Assembly (NCBI GenBank): GCA_008632985.1
Contig: QPGO01000006.1
Location: forward strand, 741,138-805,137
Source: Psammoneis japonica
Lineage: Eukaryota
Direction: 5' to 3'
DNA: 64,000 nt
Shown here: piece after piece, positions 1 to 9,925 of the stretch
How positions within the stretch are numbered: the first letter of the stretch is position 1
How the letters are laid out: every line of letters begins with the position of its first letter
The notes under the pieces: generated by a model
Databases searched by the model: none
What the model was told of the DNA's origin: nothing
Seen by the model: only the letters and a program-made list of their open reading frames with translations
Made by a program: the position numbers and the translations under genes

Positions 1-227
1 CTCAAACTGGGGGAGGAGCTGTTGGTTCCGTCAGCACTTTGGGTGGCGGAAGTTCGTCACTGTCTTGAGGTTCAGGTGGCTGAATTGGTGTAGAGTCCAC
101 AGAGTCTGCAGGAGTTTGAGTTGCAGGTGGGGCTGGTGGCGTTGGCTGCTGAGTCGCAGGTGCGACTCGATCGGCAACGTCGTCGCGAGAAGTGGGTGAA
201 TCCGGCACAGCAATCGATGGAGCAGGC

Positions 228-2137
228 TCAAAATGGCCGCAAACACAATGTTGCTCTGGCCAGTTCTCGCTCTTTACGTTGACGCTCTGGAGGGGCAAGC
301 CACTCATCGTGTGAATGAACTGCTTGATCCTTCTCCAGAGGGATGCATGTCGATTGGTTGAGGCACAAGTGTTCCCAGTGATCAGGTGGATCCGTCTCCC
401 TCTTGATTGATGGCACGGTTGTGAAGAGATCGTCAAAGACCACATGATGCTGAGGAGTGACACTGCCAGTTTGTAGATTGAGGACCAAAGGAACCTCACT
501 GGAATGGATGGCACTGAGTCCCACGAACAAAGCGCGATGAGTGCGAGGTTCCCAACGCGGGAGTTTCGTTCTGGAAGCAAGGGTCGGATCAAGTGCGTGT
601 GCTGGACATCCCCATGTGTGAATGTCTCGCAGTCGATGTCTTGGCACTGTCGAGCTGGTGAAAATGTCCGCTGGGCAATGTCCCTTGGAATTTGGGGTGA
701 CATTGTAGATGTGCGTGGCACAAGAAACAGCCATGGGCCATGGGGAGCTGTCAACTCCCCCTTTCCAGTGGATTGATGCATGAAGCAACATCGCTCTTGC
801 CGTGTTGGAGATGCTTCGGATGCCCCGCTCTGCGACGCCGTTCTGATGATGGGCGTTGGTTCCACAAAAACAGAGACGTTGTCTGTGGTCTCATGCACGT
901 TGTGCAAAAGCGTTGGCCTTGAAAGCACCACTGTCGGCAAGAAATTCTTGGACGATGACACCGTGGTCCAAAGCATGTTTCTCAAACGCTTGCTTCGCTC
1001 GAATCGTCTCAACAGCGGAGAAACCAAGTTGGTGCTCGACCTGGACACATCCAGAGGCATGGTCGACAAAGATGCAACCGCCCTTGAATTGCTTGGATGT
1101 GGCTTTGCCACAGGAGTCGAAGGTTCGGCCCAAAAGGCGCGACTCAAAATGATCAACGCTGACAGCCTGACCCGGTCGAAGATGGTCAGCTCGAAGGGCC
1201 CCGTTGCGTTCAGGGACTGTCGACTTGTGAGTGGATCCAAGGGAGCGTCTGTGACCTTTAGCACACTCACATGCCTCGCATCTTGGGTGGTCACACTTCG
1301 CTGCGGACTTGAAACGGTTCGAAAGGAACGGAACTGCGCGGAGAAGTGCTTGGACGCGACCAAAGTTCAAATGGCCGAAACGGGCGTGCATTTCGATGAG
1401 AAGCTTCTGGCCTGCCGTGAGGTTTTGATTCTCCTCGTCAAGGATCTGTAGATTCACTTGTGGAGTGGCAGATGCGCCCTTGGTCATCAACGCAACAGGT
1501 GAGTGGCTTGATTGATGATGTGGCATGACCAACTTGCCTGTCCCGTCAACATGTAAACGGAAAGTGGTTTCATCGCCCTCACACTTCCCACGCACCCCCT
1601 TCTCTTCGTTGAAGAGGCATTGAGGCGACAGCAGGCGTTGACGGGCTCCAGGGACTGGTGTGCCATGGTGTTCAGTTGGATGGCAGCGCCACTCGGCGTT
1701 GTGAACACCCACGCAACCGGACCGGTGCCCTGGATGGTTAGACCGTTGGCAATCCCATTGATCTGCAAGGGTTTCTTGGGAACAGTCATGGGCCCCGTAA
1801 AATCATCTTTGTCGGGGGCAACAGCCAGCGTGGCACCAGTGTCCATGACGACCGTGAGAGCCTCGTCCAACAGGCCGATGAGTGCCTGCAGATCGGATGC
1901 AAGGAGGTCGGCTTGAGATTGTCCGGTGAGTAGTTGGATGGTGGAGGCATTGTAGACGACGGGTCTAACACTTGCTTCCTCCAACAGTTCCACAGGATCT
2001 TGAAAATGGGCAGTGTCCACGATGTGATTCGGCAGACAGAGCTCGTCAAACCGGAAGAAATCCGGGCTGAAGTCCTCAAGAGCGTCGGAAGAAATGCTTC
2101 TGGTCGTCGAGAGGTTCCAGTTCCTCACAGGTGTCAA
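228..2137 (-). pseudogene. Copia pol fragment (protease + integrase), broken over several frames
   Basis: DTG protease motif, HHCC pre-integrase motif, DDE integrase core and copia SH3-like tail KLPRWEPR...LFVG. Confidence 0.88.
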
Positions 2138-3249
2138 AGAAGGCTGATTCGTCTATCGCATCAGACCGTTCAGCCACTTCTGGGCTCTCCCAGCAGGCCT
2201 TGAGACGAGTGCTCAGTGCGTGTGATGGATGGCGGGCGACAAACTCGGTGAGCACTCGCGTGCCTTTGATCCTGTGACATTCGAACAGCGACCCCGTGTC
2301 TGACACCATCCGGTCATCTGGCTCTTCCACAATGTGGTAGACTTGAGAGCCAGCGGTCGAAAAACGGCTTGGAACGTTCAAGAATGGACACTCGGGCTGT
2401 TGACCGGCGTAAACTGCTGACCATGCCATCACTGCAACGGATGGGACCATCCAGGAGGCTGGAAACCCGTGCAAGGTTGGGAGTTTGCGCTGGCGGCGTA
2501 GAGCTCGAGGGACACATGGGATCGGAGCAAAGCAAAGATGCAGTGCCGTTTCCCAAAACATGGTGGCAAGCCAGAACATGAATGGCTTGACCCGTCCCAA
2601 GATTGATCGACGCGAAGTGGGCTCGTCTTCGACGTCCTCGTGACAATCATCCGCACCCAGGACCTCTGGATCGTAGAAATCGAAGCCACGACATGCACAC
2701 ACGGAGGTGAGTCGCAGTGTGCGTCTTCAAAGTGTACGTCGTGTTCAAGGATGAGATCTGACTTTGTGTCGTCTGACAGCACATCCGTCAAATGTGCGGG
2801 AGCATCAAAGAACTCATCTGGATGCTTGACAGAGCACAGCTTCGAGGCCGGAAACAACTCAACAGCCGGTGGTTCGTTTTCAAATGTAGAGAAAGCGTTG
2901 GAGCATTCGCAGAAGTCATCGGCGTCTTCGGGAGTGACAGTCTCAACCACGATGGGAGACACGACTGGATCCACGACTGAGGTGAGTGCAGGTGGGCTCG
3001 TTTCGTTGCAAACCACCTCAGCACTGACGACTGCATTGCTCTCCCTCTCGGCCGAAGAAGCCGGAGCAACAATGATTGCAGCAGCAACAGGGGCGGAACA
3101 GAAATCCGGGTCGGTGACGGCATCCGCAGCCGCGCACCACATTCCCGTGAAAACCAACTCGTTGGGGTCGGAGTCGTCTCCCTCTGGTTCCATGGCAGTC
3201 TGAGCTGGCGGACCCATGGGCACGCCACCATCCGGATCAGCAACAGAAG

Positions 3250-4628
3250 ACAAATTCCCGGCTGGGGTCTCCTTGGGAGGGCGCTTGTGGTGGTCTTCGG
3301 TGTGTTCCGCGGCAGAGTGCTTCTGGCAAATTCCAGGTTTGTCAGCACCCTTCGCCGTGCACGTGGCACACCATTTCCATTCCTTGCCATTCTTGTCCTT
3401 CTTCGTTTCCCCGTCAAATTTGGTGCGCCAGGCAGTGATGGGTCCCTCTTCTTCTTAAAGGGTCGGCTGCAGGCGGCGGATTGGGAGGAGGATCGTCGCG
3501 CGGCGGTTTGGCGTTGCACTTCGGGCACGTCTTCTTGGCGCACCCCTCGAGACCGCAACCAAAGCAGTGCTTCATCTTCCCAGGGTCATCCGCAGTCGAA
3601 AGATTACTCTCGGGTAGCTTGGCGACCAATGCAGGCCACTCCCCGTCCTTCACGAGTTCGTTGTGTTGCTCCTGAATCCACGCAATGATGCCGACCGGTC
3701 CGAGCGTGTTGCAATCGCCATCGGACACGATGTCAGCAGGATTCTTGAGGCGGCACTTGCGTTCCACAGCCTTGACATCGTCGAGCTTGTTGTAGACTCG
3801 CCGATTGAAGTGTTCAGAGGACGTAGAGGAGATCTTGTGGAGCAGCTTGGAGCTTGTGTTCGCCGGAAGAGCGCAGTTGGTCTGCACAATTTTCACGATG
3901 CGAAGAGCTTCGGTGGCAAAGTCCGTGCAATCCTCGCCGGGACAGTCAACCAAACTGGGGTCTTCTAGCTGCTTCTTGGCCGTCTCAACATCCGTCAGAG
4001 CACCAGCATTGCAAGCATCGAGAGCCATCATGAACAGAACAGATCCAGGGTGGTCTTGGCAGTCTTGGAGATGGTTGAACTTGGTCTCGATTTTCTCGCG
4101 AAAGGCATTGGTGATTCTTGAGTGAACGAGAAGTTGAGAGAGCCCAACATCGTCGAGCTCGATCTCGTCGCACTTGGTGTCATCGGCAGCTGCTTTCCGA
4201 ACCGTGCACTCGTTCACGAGATCGGTCACAGCAAACTCGTGAAGATGATCGAAGATGTGTTGAACCGTGTCGGCGCTGTTCTTGACATGGCAGAACGTCT
4301 GCTGACCGTGGGCTTCCACTAGATCTCGAACAGTCTTGACGAAATGGTCCTTGTCAAGTTCGTTGATGGGACCGTCCGAAATCTCAAGTCGACCGTTGAA
4401 CTTGGAAGTCATTGCGGAAGCTTGTTGATCGCGGAGAGATCGTTCTGTCGAGTCGAGAGCCTTGGGATGACGGCGCTGAGAGGCGAGTCGGCAGGTTCTG
4501 TCGTTGGATTGTTCATGCCTGTCGTTGAGTTTGGAACCACCAATGTAAACCCCGTGGGTTGGGTGAATTCCACCATGCAACGGCTTGGTTGGAGGCGGAG
4601 GAGCGGTCACTGCGGCGTTGGCGGCCAT
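3250..4628 (-). pseudogene. Copia gag with two zinc-knuckle-like motifs
   Basis: ORF 3414-4628 contains HCFGCGLEGCAKKTCP; a shifted frame near 3290-3380 reads KWCATC...KHSAAEH. Confidence 0.8.
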
Positions 4629-4702
4629 TGCGTCGGCAAACGCCTTCGCCAGAACAGCCGGATCGATGGCGCCATGACAGAGAGTGCAGCATGGGAGGTT
4701 CT

Positions 4703-4895
4703 TGTTAGAATGAAGACGAGAGAAGCGAGAGAGACTCAGCCATTTCCCGGGTTTGCTTCAAAATCAAAACCGAAAGCGTCCGTGACGATGACTCGGTCAG
4801 GAGCTCTCGTCAACGCACAATTTGGGCTCATGACCAGTCGAGATACAGTCCCACAGCTGGGCAGGATGGATGAGACCTCGAGGTTGGCAGCAACA
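4703..4895 (-). repeat. Candidate 5' LTR / leader of the copia element
   Basis: Minus strand runs TGTTG...TAACA just upstream of gag. An internal GGTCATGAGCCCA (4823-4835) resembles a copia-type PBS. The second LTR is outside the window, so boundaries are unverified. Confidence 0.4.
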
Positions 4896-5039
4896 TGAAT
4901 GGCACAGAGGCAAACAGACGCTTGTTCAAAGTCGTTGTCTAAAAATCACGACGAATGTCGTTGCTTCTGTTTGAATCGATTTTATGATGAGCCAATTGTT
5001 TCGAAGAGAAAATCTGAGTCTGGGTTGTGGTCGTGAGAT

Positions 5040-6620
5040 GCGACCAGAATGACGTTGAGTCATGACTGCCTTGGGTTGATGATGCCCACTTGCAGCATTT
5101 GTGGAGTTCAACTTGCCATTGGCGTCAGAAACCTCCAGTTCGCCAGCATGCAAAACCGGTTCTCCAGCCAAGATGCTGGCATGGTTGGCAGTGAAAGTGT
5201 TCCTGGCAACACACAGCTTCCTGTTGATGCCCCAAACAAATGTCCAGGGTCCACTGGGGATGGGACCATCTGTGAAGTACAATCGCATGGTGTTTCCGTT
5301 GTCCGAAACGTCGAATTTTACCGCCACCTTTTCTCTGTCGTTGACGTTGAACATGTGAAAACGGAGCCGGTTCATCATGGTGTGCGAGCAATCTTCATGC
5401 TCAAAGTGCTTCCCTTTCCCGCAGTCAAGCCATTGGAAGAAGGGTTCTCCCAAAAATGGTGTTTCAACAAGCAACCAATGTCGGAAGTGCTTCTTCAAAC
5501 ATCTGTTGCGCCTTGTCTTGGGGTCTTCTAGCTCTAAAACACCAGGCAAACCAATTCCTTGCGCGACAGACAAGGCCATGTCACTCTTGTTGCGTGCCTT
5601 TTCTGCACAACGGCTCCCCTTTGATGAAACGATTCCTCGAGCTTCGTCTTGGTGCGCTTCCTGATCCACCAACTCTCTCCCAATTCGTCGTTTGACATTT
5701 TTGCAAGAGACTTGTTCGTTTCCTTAACCTGCAGCATGTTTTGAACATGAACACTGCACTTGTCCTTTGTGTGATCATTTCGCTTTTGTGTGAAGCCAAC
5801 TGAAACTTTCCGCCCTTTTTCGTCTAGAGCAATTGTGCTCAGGATTGGTCCACCTGTCTCAGTGCAATTCAACTCAAGCTTGACTTTCTTTGCAGGTGTG
5901 TGTGACTGTTTGTGCTCCACAGGCCAGGAAAAGAGCCACCGCCTTCACTCAAGAAAATGCGATGCCGTGGCCAACCACTGTTTCAGTGGCAGACGCACTC
6001 GTCTGTCTTGTCATCAGTCGAACACTTGTTGCTTTTTGCATCACGCATCAAAGAAAGCAACACAAGATTGTGGTTCTTTGTCTTGATGTTTTCCTTGATT
6101 GGCCAATTCCCATGGTTTGGGACCCCCACCATCCTTGCATCTTTCGCGCATGCTGCCAAAGTGATCATGACATCATCACGAAGTAGACAGCCTCTGCAGG
6201 AATCCCTCCTTTCATGAGTGGGTGCAAACAAAGATGACTTTTGGTCAGTTCCATTGCTTTCCTTGTTGTTCGGGGTTCGTGAACGGCACACGGTGACAAG
6301 CAAACCGTTCGAACAGGCTTCGCTAAAACCACTCTGCTCTTGGCAACTAGATTTCGTTTTGACATCCGTTTTGCCTTTCTCCTTGAACAGGTTCAGATTC
6401 AACGCAAAATTTCCTTCGCCAAGGACTGCGCATTGCAGCCGATTGATGTGCAACATAGAGAGATGCACAGAATCAGCCTTTTCTTGATGCGTTCACCGCT
6501 GGCAGAGCCAACATCGAGAACTCGAGATGTCGTAGATAATTTTGACATCTGCAATGCTTTTGTCCAGTGGTCTCAACTTTGTTTTTGCTCAGTGCTGGTG
6601 AACAAGGTTGATGTGGTCAA
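5040..6620 (-). pseudogene. Hypermutated, frameshifted copy of the IQM-like gene at 9926-11644
   Basis: Collinear with about 10050-11600 (e.g. EPFFQWLDCGKGKHFEH vs EPFFQWLDYGKGKHFEH; ASGHHQPK vs ASGHYRPK), with frameshifts and systematic TA->TG/CA changes. Confidence 0.93.
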
Positions 6621-7399
6621 ACAAATTGAGGTGGGTTCTCGGAATCATCGATGGGGGCAAGCCCTGTCTGCGGTGCATGTGCCAATGTTGAATGTTGCGA
6701 CTCTGGATGGAAGATCGCAAAGCAGCTTGAAAATTTCAATTTCACTCGGGTTCGGGGACACACGGCACATTGTGAACACAGAAATCTTGTGGATGAATGT
6801 GACATTGCCACAACAGATTTTTCGACAAGACGAATTGAAGCACCTCTCTGGCAATGTGGCGAATTTTGCACTTGCAACTTGGCTTGGTTTGCAGGTCTTC
6901 TGTTTGCTTTTTGTCTCTTGCACCCGGTCAACACAGCAACTGCAGTTGATGGCAATGGGAACGCACTTGCAAGCCACACAGTGAGCTTTGAGAATCAGGA
7001 AGACCAAGCACGTGTGCCAGTTGGCAAGCTGCAAAAAATTCCAGCACAGAAGCCAAAAAGTCAAGTCATGACACTCAAAGAAGTGTTGTCATTCAGGGCT
7101 GGGAAGTTGAGAGGAATCTAACAGCAAAGGCTGGGAAGTCAACAGGAGTGCAAAAAAAAAGGGTGAGAAGACAACAGGAGTCTAAAGGTGCAGCTCACAT
7201 TGGCAGATCGCAGCAAACAAGCCAGCAGGACCAATGCAAAGAAATGGTCTCTGGAGGGCCTTGCTGTCAAAGAAGCTGTTGAGGGTCTGCTGCTGAAAAA
7301 GAGCATGGCAAGGTTGCATTGGGGATCAGTGGGACAGAGTGTGAAGCTGTTGGCAAACTGTGAAACTCTGGCACAAGTCCCAGGGAAAGATGGGGGCAA

Positions 7400-8345
7400 G
7401 GACACAGTTGAGTGTGGCTGGAAGCATGAAAGATTTGAAGGAGTGGGTTCATGATGCCGTTGCCAAATCAGGGCAACAGGCAGATAGATGGTCACACAGA
7501 AACCACAAGAAAGATTGGTGAGCATGTTGGAAGAGTGCTTGAGCCAAAGGTGAAGGTGCGCTGGCATCTCTGAGGCAGGAGAGCATGCCAAAAGAGCCGG
7601 TGCATCCATCGGGAGTCACCATGTTGGAGAAGGACAAGGCAATCTGGGGCAAGAAATGTGGTCACTGTGTGAAACAGAGTGCAATCTGCAAGATGATCCA
7701 TGCAGAAGGTGAAGGCATTCAATGCAATCATGGGAAAATGTGCAAAGGCCACTTGCCACAAACTTGAAGGAGTGATGGACTTTCCAAGAGTCCCAAAGGA
7801 GTTGGACATGGTGGCAGCACTGCTGGATGTTTTCAAGTTGATCTTGTTCAGGACCAATGAGAAGATGAACCTGCATGTCCAGGCCATCAAGGCTTGGAGG
7901 CAGTTGACACTCATGCATCAAGATGAAGGAAAGTTGCTTCAAGATCATTGCAGTCAATTTGTGAGTTGTGAGCATGGTTGAAGCAATGAAAAAGTCCCAT
8001 CTCAGGACCATCCCAGAAGAAATTGCCACGAAAGAAGATGGGTTCAGCAGCAAGGATGCTGATGACACCCAGAACAAAGGAGGAACAAGTCATTGACCAC
8101 GGTGCTGGTGGAGGGCACCAAGGAACACAAGCACCTCTTAAAAGACCTGCATTGGCAGCCTGCACTGGGAGTTGACACACTCACCCCAATTCAGCCAAGA
8201 ATCTGCTGCAGGTGTTGGACACCTGCAGGACCATCAAAAAACCCAGGGCACAAGCTTTGCACAGAACAAGAAGACACAGACCAAATGCTGGAAATGCAAC
8301 AAGGTTGGACATCAGGGGAGAGATTGTCCTGAGACAATGACCATC
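7400..8345 (+). mobile_element. Decayed LTR-retrotransposon gag fragment
   Basis: CCHC knuckle KCWKCNKVGHQGRDCPE at about 8282-8332, upstream gag-like segment AWRQLTLMHQDEGKLLQDH; almost no TA or CG. Confidence 0.7.
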
Positions 8346-9329
8346 TGTCAGCCGAGTTTGATGATGCAGACCATGGGAGTCAGTGGAGCAGTCAATGTGG
8401 TGTTGTGGGCATGGTTTCCAAGTGCCATCCTCCCATGCTTGATGCACATGATGGCTTGTGTGAAGGAGTGGCAGGTTGGAACATTAGAGTTGGCAGAGGC
8501 AGTTTTTGCTTGACAGACAATGTTGCCATGTGAGACACACTGACAACTGTGGACAATGCGGTGATTTTGCATTTGCAACTCAGATTGAATTGTGGGCCTT
8601 GTGTTCACTTTTAGCTTCTGCACCCGGCTGACATGGTGACAGTGGTTGACAGCATTGGGGTTTTGTTTGCAAGCTGCACGGTGAGCCCAGGGTCAGTGAG
8701 ACTGAACGCGTGCTGCTGGCTGCTGGCAAGCTGTGAAATTCCAACAGCTGTGGTGCCTGCACAAAATGGCCAGCAACATTGGCTGCTCTCACTCCTTGTG
8801 CACCACCCCAGCATTTGGCTGCTGCAAGCCTGAGAGCCAGCCAGCTGGCAATTTCTTGCAGCCTGTGGGTGGTCGAGAGTGAGCGAGTTGTTCAAAGCAT
8901 GCTGAGCACCAGCTTCTCTCTCACAATTGGCTGCAACAAGCTTGGCCTCAGCTTCTTGGTGAGTGACATGTGTGGAGCCCCCCACAGCTCATCCCATGCC
9001 ATGACCTGCACACCCAGCTGAAAGGCAGTGTGCCAGCACTTGACAATTTCCCCTGCAACACCAGCTTTGGCTGCTGCCAATGCTGGAGCACAGCTGCCAG
9101 CATGTTCCCCATTGTTGCTGGTGGATCTTTTGCACCAGATGGCGGATGAACAAGAGCGCCAGCATGGTGCTCAAGGTAGACTCCAGCAGCACCCGGACAG
9201 CCACTGGGATTCTTTCTTGAAACAGCCTCTTCTTGTCTTGTTTCTCTCTCCTGATGCTTTGAGGCACTTTGCCGTGTGCACCTGCCTCAAATTGGAGTGA
9301 CAAAGTTGATCCTCCACACATGTTTCCCA

Positions 9330-9520
9330 AACACAGTGGGTGGCAGCCCACACACAGTGGCAGAACAAGCTTTTTGAAAACAGGGTTTGGGAAAAAGTTC
9401 TCTTGGCACACAAAGTGGCTTTTGTTCATGTGTCTGGACTGCTTGACCTCATCTTCTTGAACAGGGTGAGATTCAGTGCAGCAACTTCACCAAGGACTGC
9501 ACATTGAAGCCTGATCATTG
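9330..9520 (-). pseudogene. Third, more diverged fragment of the IQM-like gene N-terminal region
   Basis: RLQCAVLGEVAALNLTLFKK matches RLQCAVLGEGNFALNLNLFKEK at about 6375-6445; shared DNA ttgaacagg...caaggactgc. Confidence 0.7.
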
Positions 9521-9925
9521 ACACACCAATCCATGATCCCGGGGCCACAAAACAAGAGAAACAAACAAACATGGGGGAGGTCAAGTTGGCAAATTGAGCC
9601 AGTGATCCTGTCCAGGGCTCTTGTGGACAATGTTCAATCAAGTTGATAACGTGCGTCAGACATCTCAAACAAAGAACACAAAGTTTCATTGCATTGCATC
9701 CTTGTGATCATCCCAAAGCGTCCCTCCACTTGACCCAAATGATGCAGTCATAACAGTGGCAGCCCAATCAAGTTTACCTGGTGTTCTTTTCAGCACAAAG
9801 CCATTTTCTGGAAGGCATGTTTGGAACAGAGATGAAAATAAAATGAGCATGTGTGCAAGATGTGTGAATGTTTTGCGGGGATGCTTTGAGCCATATTATA
9901 ATTGTCGGTGCTAAAGTTTGGATTC

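Larger units (their letters stand above)
1..4895 (-). mobile_element. Ty1/copia LTR retrotransposon (CoDi-like), frameshifted and TA-hypermutated; RT/RNase H would lie left of the window
   Basis: Copia domain order on the minus strand: gag (3414-4628), aspartic protease VVMDTGAT (in 1487-2137), GAG-pre-integrase HARFGH...CEAC, integrase core VSVDHF/IFVDHAS/LADSG (891-1712), then WPMAV...WGCP...VVFDDLF (228-791). Confidence 0.93.
6620..9890. repeat. Block of heavily decayed repeats or transposon relics (TA- and CG-depleted)
   Basis: Near absence of TA and CG, excess TG/CA, many short Cys/His/Trp-rich ORFs in all frames. Confidence 0.75.

Noticed and set aside
2..1451. Long alternate-frame and antisense ORFs over the copia integrase (453 aa, 223 aa)
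   Set aside because: Explained by TAA/TAG depletion; no independent protein motifs
1..4628. Alternative genetic code (Tyr reassigned) in the elements
   Set aside because: The same TA loss affects non-Tyr codons, codon junctions and non-coding sequence, and the intact paralog has TA at the aligned sites
1..9890. Classical fungal RIP or simple CpG deamination as the cause of the skew
   Set aside because: Both are C->T processes. RIP increases TpA, whereas here TpA is lost, and CpG is largely retained in the copia element and the gene copy
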